From NCBI GenBank assembly GCA_030141605.1, contig JAQGDQ010000066.1, positions 620,001 through 684,000 on the forward strand: 64,000 bases of DNA. Direction: 5' to 3'. A program made the position numbers and the translations under genes. Every line of letters starts with the position of its first letter. Position 1 is the stretch's first letter. Positions 37,793-50,148 of this stretch are shown here, one piece after another. Source of the stretch: Tubiluchus corallicola (Eukaryota > Animalia > Priapulida). The notes below the pieces were generated by a model that made no database searches, was not told the DNA's origin, and worked only from the letters and a program-made list of their open reading frames with translations.

Positions 37793-40700
37793 ACAACTCC
37801 AATAAACATTAGAGGTTTGTTAGTACCACTTCCGAAGATATATAAAACGCTCTGCTATTATACTGCTATAAAACCGCGAAGTTTATTGCATAAAAGCACA
37901 GATTTTATCACTTTTGTGCAAATTTTTTGGTTGCGTAAATGATTAACTATAAGTAGAGATGGTCAGTCATGCATTCATTTAATGATACATGCGATGGTCA
38001 TTCCCACGGTTCACCTAACACATTTCGAAGACTATTCGACTTTTTTTATTTAATACATTGACCCGTACACAATTTTTGTCTTGTCAGAATGTCATCCCTG
38101 CTTTCTAACATTACCTGATTCTATATGGCACTTTTATGGCAATAAACTAACTTAAACTTATATTAGTACATTCTAGATTTATTTGGAGCATCTTTATAAG
38201 ACGTGGATCTTTAGAAATTTAATAACAAAATGCTGATGTATTTTGAAACTGGACAGTATTTTTTTAATGAACCTGTGACATTCAGTAGTGTGATGTCCTG
38301 CAGATCATGTATACCTTAAAGATCGTATTTCGATAATTCGAGTCCACTAGACTGTGGACCCAATTACCTCTTGACAAGCTAAAATTCCCTCCTGGAGGGA
38401 TCCGCCCCCATGGTTGAGAAACGCCGGTTTAGATGGAAATTTCAAATTAAAGAATGCAAAATTCGTAAGTTGAAAGGAAAAACTTCTCTAGTTATACATG
38501 TAGGAATCAGGAAACTACCTTACTGCTGCAACTACAAAAATGATCAAATAAAAAGTTATAACCGGAAACATTGACTACAAAACTACTTCCTAACTAATTC
38601 TACCATAAAGCTTATATCCCAAAACTCAGAACTAAAATATATACGCGGTCCTCTACTAAATCATCTTTATAACAAGACTCCTGCGCAGTTTTAGCTTGCT
38701 GAAAAGGGTGGAAGACTGAGTAACAAAAAATAAGAAAAAATGACAGGAACAAACATACAACCCAAATAACGTTAAACACACTCAATTTTTGCTAACAAAA
38801 GGAGATCACAAGAACGTGCGCCTGTAGTGCACATGACCTTGTAATTCAGGAAAAGTTTTGTACATATATTAGCAGCAAAGAGTCCTCAACGTAGCTAACC
38901 TATGCGGTCATGTGGACTGTATACGGACCAGAAAGGAGAATGACTCAGAAAAACGTTCATGACAAAACAAATTTTCCACACTAGGTTAGGCCTGGTTCGT
39001 ACATGATCCAGGTAAGCTGGAAATTGACCTCACTTGATATTCCGGACAGGATCGTATTTAAAATGAACCCAGAGCGCGCCATTAAAGATTTAAAGTTATA
39101 AAAAAAGAACAAAGACGATGCCGCTGAAAGTCACTATTGCAATTTGTAAGTTCAAAGCCCAAATTCTGATATATTAGTACAGTTCAAATATATATCAATT
39201 ATATTATACGGTTTAGTACGCTCCTGGCATATTAGTTTTTGCGTTGGTGACTGCAACGAGACCAGCGCTAGACTCATTATTTCCTCTTACTCGAAAGAGG
39301 TCTCATAATCATTCATAAATGGGAATAAATCGTCTCTCAAAAGAAAAACAGACAAAGGAGTATAGCGGATGAAGCCGCCCGAGTCTACTTTCAATAGATA
39401 AACCACCAATCTAGTTACTGAACATGCTGGTGTTGTTTAACGTCTATTACCAAGGACAAACTCTGACCACTCTGCCACCTCACCGCCCTGGAGTAGCGCT
39501 TTACAGCAGAAAGAGTTGCAAAAAATCTCAATTTGAATAAATAATAACCGATTTCATGTGCATGGTTTATGACAGGCGTTCACCCTTTTCATCTATAAAT
39601 AATGCTGGTGTTCGACTTATGTTACGGTATGTACGTGTAAAAGAATAATTAAAACTGTCTATAAATATAATTATCAGAAACGCAAGAGTGTAAACTGTTT
39701 CAAACAACAGCCAAATAAACTCCATACTGTTAAACAGTATTGCGCAATTGTAACCATGTACTAATCTGATGTATGGCAACCAGTATTTCACATTTGTGGA
39801 AATCGTACAGCACCAGGACGTCAATGAGTCAAGCAGACCTTATATGACCTCACAACCTACAAGAACTTAGTAGATTTATGAAAGACAGCATTGTGTGCCG
39901 AATACCTGCGACTTCGGAAAACGTCACAATGAATTACAATGGCAGGGAGTTTTGCTTTTTGGAAGCGTTCTTGTCATAGAATTCTAAATTATGCACAAAT
40001 AAGCGAGGCAGCGACAATCTCTGGCTAACTTCCTAATTGCAAGACTCTTCCCAAACAAATATTTACAACGCTTATTGGAGGAGGACTGCGAGTATCCTGA
40101 AATTCTCTAGACTATAATACGCCAACGAGAAGTACAACAAGTAAGCATGTTTTTTGTATGTAATAAACAACTAAGTAAAACTCGGGTACCTGATTAGTTT
40201 TACACGCAATGCGTGTTAAGGTAATATCACCAAAAGCAGTTAACCATAACTTATTACTTTTGCTATAGATACATTGCTCTGACTCTTCTCTTCCTATTAT
40301 AACTGCTATATTCTTAGTTATAGAGTTAGCTTTGCTGCAGCTAAGTACTATAATAACAAATGCCTACACAAGGCATCCAAACCAGAAGTCCCGCAGTGTT
40401 ACAAAGCTGAAGGCAATGGTTTTTAGAGGACAGTATAATAGCGCTCAGCTTTAATTCCATATACATGTATTGTCAAGTTTTCACATCACAGCATTCATAT
40501 TGCAGGCCCTTCTTAATAGTCATAATTTATGTAATTTTTACACGGTTAATATTGTATAAATATGAAAGATGTTTTATTCAGAATTGATACCCATAGAGCA
40601 CACAGCAGGTACATGAATTGCTCTAATCTAATAGAATGTAAAACACTATATATCATCTATATAAAATTTATATTAAATGTTAAGTTTTGCTGTATATTTG

Positions 40701-41329
40701 GAGCCATTAAATGCACGTTATTGATCTGTTCGAGTTGGTGTTCAGTCAACATTATGATCAACCTTTAAAGCATAGGGAGAAAGTCTAAGTACACATATAC
40801 CAATCAATATGTCAACTCAAAATCGAGGAGATTAGTAGCCTGCGGCATAAAATAAGAACCAACAAAATTTGCAGAAAACTACCTTTTGTACATGTGCATG
40901 CCTAATAACAACTGAAGCGATTTAACACAGACAGATAATTCCAGTGCACATAAGGGCTTCATGCAACCCGCCATTTCAAACAAACAGGAGAAATGTTCTC
41001 AGTTTTAGAAACCTAACTAATATCAAGTTAAAATCACAATTTTATCGTAATTATGAGTATAAAGCCTAAATTTAAGGAATGACTACGGACACTAAGAAGG
41101 GTAATGCTTTTAATACTTTAAAATGGAAGCGTTTCATTAAATATTAAAACAGAAATTTTGCGAGTGGCAGTGCGTTTGTAAACTACATAGATCACAGTAG
41201 TTTTTCGCCATATCTACCGGTTTCAACATGCAGCGCTTTTTTATTTTGAGACCCGTATTACTTCTGCTCAATCCACTGCATAATAATTATGCACAGCAGT
41301 TCTATTCTTGAAACAGTCAAACCTACAAA

Positions 41330-41522
41330 TAAAATGTGACCGGCAATAAAATCACAGGAAAAAAATGACGGTAAAAAGGGACGATTTTGGCTAGGAAAAA
41401 GTCACAGGAAAAAAGTTACAACTAATTTTGACATGGTTTGGGACTTAGGGTTGGTGTCATCTTTATTTTCCTGTGACTTTTTCTTGCAACTTTTTTTTGA
41501 CTTTTTTATCTGTGTCTTTTCT
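41330..41522. repeat. Foldback-like non-autonomous element built from ~15-bp subrepeats (aaaagtcacaggaaa / tttcctgtgactttt)
   Basis: Subrepeats lie in opposite orientations in the two arms. Similar arrays occur at about 45940-46420. Confidence 0.55.
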
Positions 41523-43858
41523 ACACGGATTCAAATCAACATGTCACAATAATGAAGTTACTGTATCTCATTGTCTAAAGCTTTTTCTGAGTTTATAACT
41601 GCTCACATTGTTTAACTCATCTATGTTTTTTGTATCGTTATAAAAATCTGCTACAAGCGCATGGATTTCAAAGTTGCGGATACAGTTTCAAAGAAATAAA
41701 AACACGAGACTGTAAAGCAAGAGCTGCAGCAACAGCAGCACAAGAAAGAATCGCGAGTTTTGACAGCAGATGGAACTAATCAATATCGTTCTACAAATAA
41801 TGCGTGTGATGATCATCAGCATGCTGTCTGCTTGAATCATCATTCTTCTGCCAGTTTCAAGTTAAAAAACGCTGAGACTTTAGGAGTGGTAAACGTTGAG
41901 AAATTTGGAGAGGAACAAAGCATCTCTTCCTAAGTTAACGAAAAAATGCCCCAAATTGAAAAAATAATTCTCACAAAGTGCCGTTCTTCCAGTACTGTGA
42001 CCCAGCAACGTTAACCCAGCAAACAAATATTGTGTTTTATTACAAATTGCTGACTGTTGGGCACGATCCACAAAGATTGTGTGTAAATTGCAGCGCCTCA
42101 GTCAGTTCGCGAGCCGACGGAACTGCTCGGATTACGTCGTTTACCATGGTTTACACACATACATTGTATAGCATGGCAATTGGCAGTTCTCACTCATGCC
42201 CCAGCCTCCAGGCTCAGACTCCTCACACAAAGCCCAGCGAAAATCTACAGTATTATGCGCATTCAGTAAACAATTGCTATTCACATTTTAAATTAGAATT
42301 CTTTTAGCACCAGGGCCAGCTGAGTCTATTGTAAAACACGTCGCCGGCCTCATTGAGAAAATCAAACCAGTTTATATTGAATAGTTTTTTCTGTTCCACA
42401 GCAAGCATAATATTATAAATACCGTGATGTAATAAGGCTTGCAAAAAGATTACATACAGCAGTCAATGCTCACTATCAGAAATGTATAGTCAAATACAAT
42501 GATTATTGATAATACTGGACTTCTGCCAACAGACTGCAGTTTCATGAATCTTCCCTCGGCCACTTGAATGGATTACAAGATTACATGTTATAAATCCAAA
42601 CCTCTAACTTTTAATATTTATAATAATTAATTTATTGATGTTGCTGCTTCTGGATAATGAATTTTATGTCTTAATGTAACTAACAAATTAAATCGGCTCA
42701 ATTCAATGTACACAGTTTATTAGAATAGGCTTATAAGTAGTCCTGTGTAACAACTTTGATACTTCATGTAAAAAATAGCGATGCTTTTCTCTCTCAACTC
42801 ACCATTATAGGTTTAAGTTGGGAGTTGGCCAATGGCCACCTGTACTCTACACGTATTTCACTAATTTGATAGTAAACCGTAGAACCTGTAATTTCAAACC
42901 ATTTGAAAATTACTGGAATCAATTGAGCATAACTCTATATAACTTATATGCGATGGAAATTCAAATTTAAATTCAGTGACTTTGTGTAAATATTAGGTCA
43001 ATATCACCTTAACTGATAGAAAAGGGCAAACTGATTAATAACTGTAGATATAACCAATTGTCAATCTATCTATAATGAACTGCTATGTGATAATTGTGAA
43101 TAAAATCCACCTCACTGCATTGTGATTCTACATTTAACATAGCTCTATTGAATATTGGAAAAGCATGCAGTTCCGATCACAAAATTATGATAAATCGTGG
43201 TAGAAACATCAGCTGCCACATATTTAGGTATCCAGGAGCATTTTTGTTTTGATGAAAATGCGCAATATTTGGCTAGACTACTCTGTTTAGCCTACTGAAC
43301 AAATCAAGATTGATTAGGAACATAGGTCATGAAATAAATGAGGGTAAAATGTCAGGTTCAACAAAACTGAAACTACTATGAGATGAGCAAGAGACATTCA
43401 GGAAACAATGACCACTTGAGTGAGGGCTGCACAATAACAAAGCTTTAAAAGCCAGCATATCGATAGCATAATAAAGACTTTAAGCACACCATGAATTTTC
43501 CTCTAAGTCTAAACCACTATAGGTCTATATAAGCTATTGTAGCAGACTTACCAGAGTTCTTTTATAAAGACTGCAAAAAATGCCACTACAGAAAATGAAT
43601 GTTACTGAAAGCTCAGAATGTCACTTAAACAAGCATCCGAATAGTAAATTATTATTATTTAATTTATTAGTTTATTTTGTATGAAAATATAAGGTTACAA
43701 AGTTAACAGGTTTTTAGTAAACTATGGGAATAGAAGTGATGCTAGTAAAATGGGAAAAATTTGATTTCGACAAAGTTCAAATTTGGATTTATTGGTTTTA
43801 TTCGTTTCCTTGTACTCCAACAACAAAATAATTTTTACGCAACTGATTTACTACTTAC

Positions 43859-44051
43859 CTGCAATTTTCAGTACGGCTCTATCCGCAGGATCTAAGGCCA
43901 GAATTGCAAGTGGTTTGTTTTCCTCGCATTTCTCTTTCGACATATTCATTTTCATACATGCCTGTTTTACATCTTCAAAACTTCTAACACTAACGCGATT
44001 TTCAGGCTGTCTTCGCTTTTTACCTTGTCTTGTTCTGCAGGGACTAGCCAT
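43859..44051 (-). CDS. shot: Spectraplakin first coding exon (MASPCRTRQG...LALDPADRAVLKIA|D)
   Basis: Ends in LDPADRAVLKIA, matching the LDPAERAVLRIA motif that precedes DERD in plectin/dystonin/MACF1. CAG|gtaagt phase-1 donor. In-frame stop three codons before the ATG. Possible 5'UTR acceptor at 44071. Confidence 0.92.
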
Positions 44052-44525
44052 TTCCTTTCATAGAATTCAGACTATGGAAAAAAATCTGGCTACTATTCTA
44101 CTAATCTAGCTTGGTGCAAAGATTCACCGAGCATCGATTTCTTCATCACAACATTTTGAAACGCCATGGTCTATGTTTACAGTTAAGTATGAAGCTCTCT
44201 ATGCACGCTTATCACATACATTCCTAACGGTTTTTATTTCTGCACTATAAACCACGAGCATCTCGAAATTCTCACCGGCGGGAAGATTCTGCACATAACT
44301 GCCCACAGGATACAGAATAAGGTTCAGCTGAAGCAAGCAAATTATAATTCATTTACCAAGCTCGGCAACACACTGGGCGCACGTTTACAAACCGCTGACT
44401 GGCAAACCAGGTCGATCAATCCAAGGCTCTATTCAGTCAGTCACAGCTGCTCCATCTAGCGCTAACTGTTGTAAGCAAAATTATCGGAAACTGTCCCGCA
44501 AAATTTCCTCCTTGCTTTATGAACT

Positions 44526-44775
44526 CATAGGTGTAAGGGAGGGCTGAGCCGCTCTTGCCCGAAAAAAGTCCGGACTCGGCAATTACCTCATGATCAAAAA
44601 ATACCCAGATTTCGGGCACTTTGTTTAGCGACACAGAGAAATTTTGAGATTTCCTTTTATGAAAAATATATTTTTATTTTTTTCATCATTTGACAGGTGT
44701 CCAAAAAATTTGGTAATTGCTCGAATATTGGGGGGGGGGGCTGCAGCCCCACAGCCTCTGGTTCGAACGACAATG
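44526..44775. mobile_element. 250-bp hAT-type MITE
   Basis: Exact 8-bp direct repeat TATGAACT at 44518-44525 and 44776-44783; CAT...ATG termini; G-run/gcagcccc subterminal motif. Confidence 0.75.
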
Positions 44776-45146
44776 TATGAACTAAAATGACACCCCTTAG
44801 TAAAATATGAGTTTAGGGTTAGGGTTATACTCACACAAGGATGTTATGCTTCAAGACAGTTTGTTTGTTAATTGTTTGCTATATTAGTAAGCCTATTACC
44901 TAAATATAACAGATTTCCATGAAACTTTGTGGAGAAGGAGGTATAGGGTGCCAAAATAGGCGTTTTTTTCGTCTTTTTGCGTAACTTGATTGAACATCAC
45001 ATACAAAAATCATTCGTGAAAGTTGCAAAACAAAATATTTTCTAAAACAAAATTAAAAAACAAGGTTGACCCTTAAAACATTGTGTCATTTGAAATTATT
45101 CTGATTTCTGATAGTCATTAGTCAAAGTACTAGAGATAATTAAAAT

Positions 45147-45529
45147 AAGAGAAGAGAGAGAAAGAGGGAGAGAGAGAGACAGAGAGAGATGGAGTGAAGA
45201 AAGGGAGAAGAGTGAGGATAAGAGATAAAGACAAAGTTAAGTCATATAGCTGCTGTTTAAACTATGTCATAAATGTTCGTGTAGCTGCTGCTTGAAAATA
45301 TATCTTACCTGTTCGTGTAGCTGCTGTTTAAAGGCGATCTCTTCCTCCATGGCGGAGATTCGAGTTTCAAAATCTTTTCTCATCATTATTTCCTGCTCGT
45401 TGCTTTGAAATATTCAAATTTTATAAATAAGCATTGAAGACAAGATTGAGCTAGTTGCTGCTGCTACTGCTGTTGTTGTTGATGTTGTTGCTGCTGCTGC
45501 TACTGCTGTTGCTGATGTTGTTGCTGTTG

Positions 45530-45561
<32 letters not shown>

Positions 45562-45890
45562 GGTGATGGTGGTGGGGGTGGTGGTGTTGGTGGTGTTTGT
45601 GGTGGTGGTGGTGTTGTCACGGGCTACGATTGTTGTTTTTTTTGTTGTTGTTGTCATGTTGCCGTCATCATCGTCACCGTTGTTGTTCGCGGTGAGCTCA
45701 TTGTCATTGCCATTGCCATCGTTAGTGCTGCTGTTGTGGTTGTGGACAGATTTTGCATGTTATAGAAACAATGATAAAAAAGGCGGCGGAAAAAGATAGG
45801 GAGGGAGAGAAGGATCGAGAGAGAAAGACAGTGAGAGGATGAGAGAGAGAAAGAGGCAAACAGGGAGAAGCAAACAGAAAAAGAGAAATT
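45147..45890. repeat. Low-complexity block: AG-rich tracts flanking (GTT/GCT/GGT)n triplet repeats
   Basis: Direct reading; explains the homopolymeric ORFs in the track. Confidence 0.9.
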
Positions 45891-46841
45891 GGAGGCTTTA
45901 TCCTACTAAAATACCTTTTTAAAGCAATTAATTTACCTTGCTGTGATTTTTCTGTTAAGATATCTTACTGGGATATGTCTTTTCTGTGAAACGAGTTTTC
46001 TGGGAAAAAAATTTGTGGGAAAAAGTTTTCAGGGGAAATTTTTTTCGGCAATTTTTTCTGATAATGGTTTTTCTGTGAAAAAACTTCCTCGAATACACTT
46101 TTTCTGGGAAATGGGCCTAAACCGTATGGAAATTACTCAATCTCTTGAATAGCGGTTTCGTTTTGAAGTTCTTTCTCCTTTACAAGAACACTTCATCTGA
46201 AAATGAGCCTCTTAAGTTGTCTACTGTAGATTGCATGTTGCATTATAATTATTTTAATTACTTTCTTATTTTTGAAATTATCTGTAATTCTGTATCAAGG
46301 CGATATATTTGCCGTTTTTACCTACTTTTTCATTTGTGCCATTTTTTCCTGTGCCATTTTACCATGCCCGTTTTTCTGTGCCATTTTTACTTATTTTTCC
46401 ATCTGTGCCATTTTTCCCGTGTAATAAAGAAGTTAAAGCCTAGTTCATAAATGAGACATGGTTCTGGATGAGTACACAAATAGACACAGGATTCAAAATT
46501 TCATATCTGTGTGTGTGTGTATGTGTGTGAACAGATTCTGGAAGGACGCAGTTTGGGTATGTACCCGTACAATCCCCCTTTTGGCACTTTCTAGCTAAAC
46601 AAAACGCTACTCCCAATTTTTACACACTGCGTCTGATTTAACATTTCGTGGGGAATACATTGATGTATGACATGCCCCTTTACGACTTGTGTTTTTTTTT
46701 TGTAATTTTCTTAGATCGGGGTTTCGCTAATTCTGACATGTTTGCATGAGGCCATGTGTCAGCCGCTGGAAAAAACTGGCTCATGTCTAAATAGCCAATA
46801 CATAGTACTTTTTAAACATGGGCTTCTAAACATATTGTCAT

Positions 46842-47003
46842 GTTGACACCATCACGTATAAGACCAACCTGTGAAGGAAAAAATAGCGTGCTAGCCTTAG
46901 GCGTATCCTACAACTGGCGAACCGTAACACTGACGAACCATAACACTGATAAACCGACCAAAACCGTACCACTGACGAACCATACCACTGGCATACTGTC
47001 AAC
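46842..47003. repeat. Short element with ~15-bp tandem units (gaaccataccactgac) bounded by GTTGACA/TGTCAAC
   Basis: 7-bp terminal inverted match and 4-5 degenerate units; no clear TSD. Confidence 0.45.
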
Positions 47004-47534
47004 TGGTAAAATAAATAGTACATGATGGCTTCATTTTTGTCCTTTACATTGCAATTACTGCAGATTTTAAAACTCTCGTCGCGGTTAGTGAGTGATATTA
47101 TTATCGATAGTGAGGACATAGATTATGATATAGCGTGGCGAGCATTGATGCGGTAGATTTGGACGTCCTGGGAGTAAAAAAGTCTTGTTGTTTAGCGACT
47201 GAGTGCCAGGAATGAAGTACGGAATCTGGCGCGCCGACCTGGCCCACTGAATTTTTTTGCGGATACGGACACACACTGCTTGCAATGCTGACGGAGTCGC
47301 GATCCAGTCCGGATCTGGCTTCAAAATTGGAATAATTTAGTTTTCTGGAAGCTTGTTCGAGTTCATTTTTTCTAAAAGTTAAAAATGTCCAACCAGTTAC
47401 TGAGTGGTCGGCTTCATCTGATCAGACATTCGGTCACATTTATGCGGACGTCCAGAACAGGGATAGAGATTATTCCTTAAAAATTCACCCTGGGCATCTG
47501 AGGGCGCACCATAAGTTCCCTCAGTGTAGAGTAC

Positions 47535-47583
47535 CTTTGTATTTACTGCACAGTCTACCACTGTGACGTGCCCAGTTTTCCAT
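47535..47583 (-). CDS. shot: Candidate most-5' first coding exon of the spectraplakin (MENWARHSGRLCSKYK|D), phase 1
   Basis: AAAGAC-ATG-G start, AAG|gtactc donor, restores D-ERDAIQ. Preceded by a plausible 63-nt 5'UTR intron (gtgagt at 47818, tttctttctgcag ending at 47756). Confidence 0.55.
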
Positions 47584-48149
47584 GTCTTTTAGCTCATAAG
47601 CATTTTTAGGTTTCTATTTATTGCCAAACCTTTTTCAGAAATGCTTTTCAGACACCACCTTTCAATAACTCTTTAAAAGAGTGATCTGTACGTGTTATAG
47701 ACTTAGGAATTTGCTCACATTTTTGTGATCGAGGTAAGATGGGGAAGATGGAGGCCTGCAGAAAGAAATATTCTTATAATATCTAAAATTTGGTTGCGGA
47801 ATATTTTTTTAAACTCACGTTATCAATCATCAATGATTTAATTGTCATAATTATCGCGAATTAACTTTGAGTCCCAAACTGGTTGCATGAAGTTCTCGGC
47901 GTTATCAAATTCATTTTTTATTAGCCAAAAGCTCTTAAGTTGTGCAACCTTGTACGCTGCATTCCCAGATGATTTTTCTCACGTTAGCTAGCAAGGGTCG
48001 TTATTTCAGGCAAAGCCTTCTATTTCATCGCATTTTGCGCAACATTTACTTTGAAATAATAAATTTTCATTGGTGGAAGACCGGAAGAATTACTTTAAAA
48101 TTGGGAGAACTGGAGGTTAGGTTGTTACCATTAAAAGCCAAACCGGGAG

Positions 48150-48300
48150 AGTTGGATTCGTACCAAACTAAATCTCGCGCACGACTTATTCCAATTATTT
48201 TCCTAGCGGAGGGCGCAGCCATTGTATGACGTAATCTCGCGGAGCCTCGAACCTTAGCGGAACAAAAATAAGAGGGGTCCTCGCGTCTTTGCTGAATGCA
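48150..48300. promoter_or_regulatory. Putative bidirectional promoter between the spectraplakin (-) and Ig gene (+)
   Basis: Locally CpG-rich, with two AATCTCGCG motifs (48171, 48234), GCAGCCATT (YY1-like) and TGACGTAA (CRE-like). Donor sites point away on both sides (47818 on -, 48410 on +). Confidence 0.55.
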
Positions 48301-49437
48301 AAGCGTGTGGTAAAGCAATAAAGCCATAGCACGTGTTTCGCTTTCTTGGTATATGGTTGTATACTACAGCATTCAATTAATTTTAATTATTAATTAATTA
48401 ATGACTATTGTAAGTTTTTTGAGATTAATACCAGTTGGCCCATGTTAATTACGTACTTATTTGTTGGATTTGTTATGTTTACTTGTTTTGAAAGCAATTC
48501 CCTTATCAAATCTCTTGTGCGGCATCTCACAGTACCAGTATCAAATTTTATAAAAGTATATGTAGTATTTCTGTTATTATAAAGATGAAAATCTGTTTAT
48601 GTGGATGCTCACCCAGATGCTGCAGTGTACCCCACATGTTGAGTACGTACCATAAGAACCAGCATGGGAAGGTTTACAACTGCCTGCAGAAGGGACATGA
48701 CTGCCCCCTCCCCTCAAAAAAATATATAGCCAAAATGGTTTCCAGAATGGCAGTTGTTAGGATGTTCTGTTATATAGAACTAGCATGGTCCCGGGAAGGT
48801 TTTAAGCTAGTGCCAGTATACTGCCTGCTGCCAAAATGGTGTCCAAAGTAATATCCAGGTAGCGTGTGCAGACTCACTGCTAATGAATAATATGCAAGGC
48901 AAATGCTTGGAAAAGAAAAAGAATTATAATTAACTCCGTTATTATATTTAGTATAACACACTAGGCCTACTTAGCAGAATGAATATAGATTGCATAATGT
49001 GAGGTAATATCGAAAATACCTAAGACAATAAGAGAATAATAAGACAATGAGATAATGCACTCCTTGGTTAGGCCTAACAAAAACAATAGCTTCCACTAAA
49101 ACATTTTAGAATCTGGTTGACCAAACTCGTTTCTGTGCTGAATGTGCTCTATGTCCAACAACTTTTGCCTATTTCTCCATATTATTCGAAGGATTTTTGC
49201 CAAGTGAAAAGTGACAGAGATATGTTCTTGCTTTTGTTTATTCTTTTTCACATGGTATGTTCACTGAGTAGTATAATTCCGTGCATTTAGTGGAATATCA
49301 TTGAATGCTTTTGCAGAAAATGTACGTTTAGCAAATACGTGCTTGAATAAATTGAAAACTTTTTTGGGAAAATGCGAAGATTTAAAATTGCAAATGAAAA
49401 CTGTATTACTTCATATTTATTTTAAATTATAGGTTTT

Positions 49438-49519
49438 ATGATGAAAATGATAAGTCAGTGGCTGTTTGTAGTATCTCTTGTTGTGCTGCTACTTCATGTG
49501 AAGAAATGCATTGGATTAG
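49438..49519 (+). CDS. Ig-superfamily gene, signal-peptide exon (MMKMISQWLFVVSLVVLLLHVKKCIGL)
   Basis: Acceptor ttatag ending at 49432, TAG|gtacgt phase-1 donor, n-h-c signal-peptide pattern, in frame with the next exon. Confidence 0.85.
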
Positions 49520-50148
49520 GTACGTCTTGCGAAAATCTTTGTTTGATAGAAAAAGTAAAAAATACATAGAAATCTGTATAGTCAGCTTCTGTTTATTATC
49601 CAATTAATAATATTAGGCTCTATTAATTATTGCATAATGCACGTATTCTGTTAAACTTGTTTAACATTATATTTGAAAATAGCTAGTATTAGGTTGCCGA
49701 AATACTGAAATGTGTTTCTCAATAAATCATCACTTAACCCGTTAGCTTTTATATTTTATTCAGTGTTATTAGGTGTTATTAGTCCAATTAAACAATTATC
49801 TTAACATACATCGCCAGATGGGAAAATCTAAAACCAAATGTGCAAAAAAAGATAAAAATTATAGACCTATAATGAATAAGAGAAAAGTATTTATAAGTTT
49901 GCTCATGTTTAAGATCACAGATGACATAATATACTAAGGTGAATAAAAATAAGTTTTATGAATTATAGTATTATAATATTAATATAAATAAAAGGAGATA
50001 AATTATATAAGTGTTTTATGTGCATTGCACCAGATCCAAATTTGCTTTTATGCAGTTTGTTACATATAAACTATGCAATTGGCTCATGTAGCGCATTCTT
50101 CCAACACTTTTACTACATTTAGAAACATTAGTAGTTAGCATCTAAAAT

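Noticed and set aside
34439-42802. Isolated consensus donors G|GTGAGT near 34439 and 42801 (minus strand)
   Set aside because: No in-frame ATG for phase 1; at most non-coding exons, with no further evidence.
45309-45350. CCGCC-ATG-G MEEEIAFKQQLHEQ|gtaaga (ideal start context and donor, minus strand)
   Set aside because: Phase 0 does not fit the acceptors at 44071 or 24522 in the spectraplakin frame, and it sits in locally duplicated, repeat-like sequence.
45414-45799. Poly-Thr/Pro/Asn/Leu ORFs
   Set aside because: Translations of triplet microsatellites.
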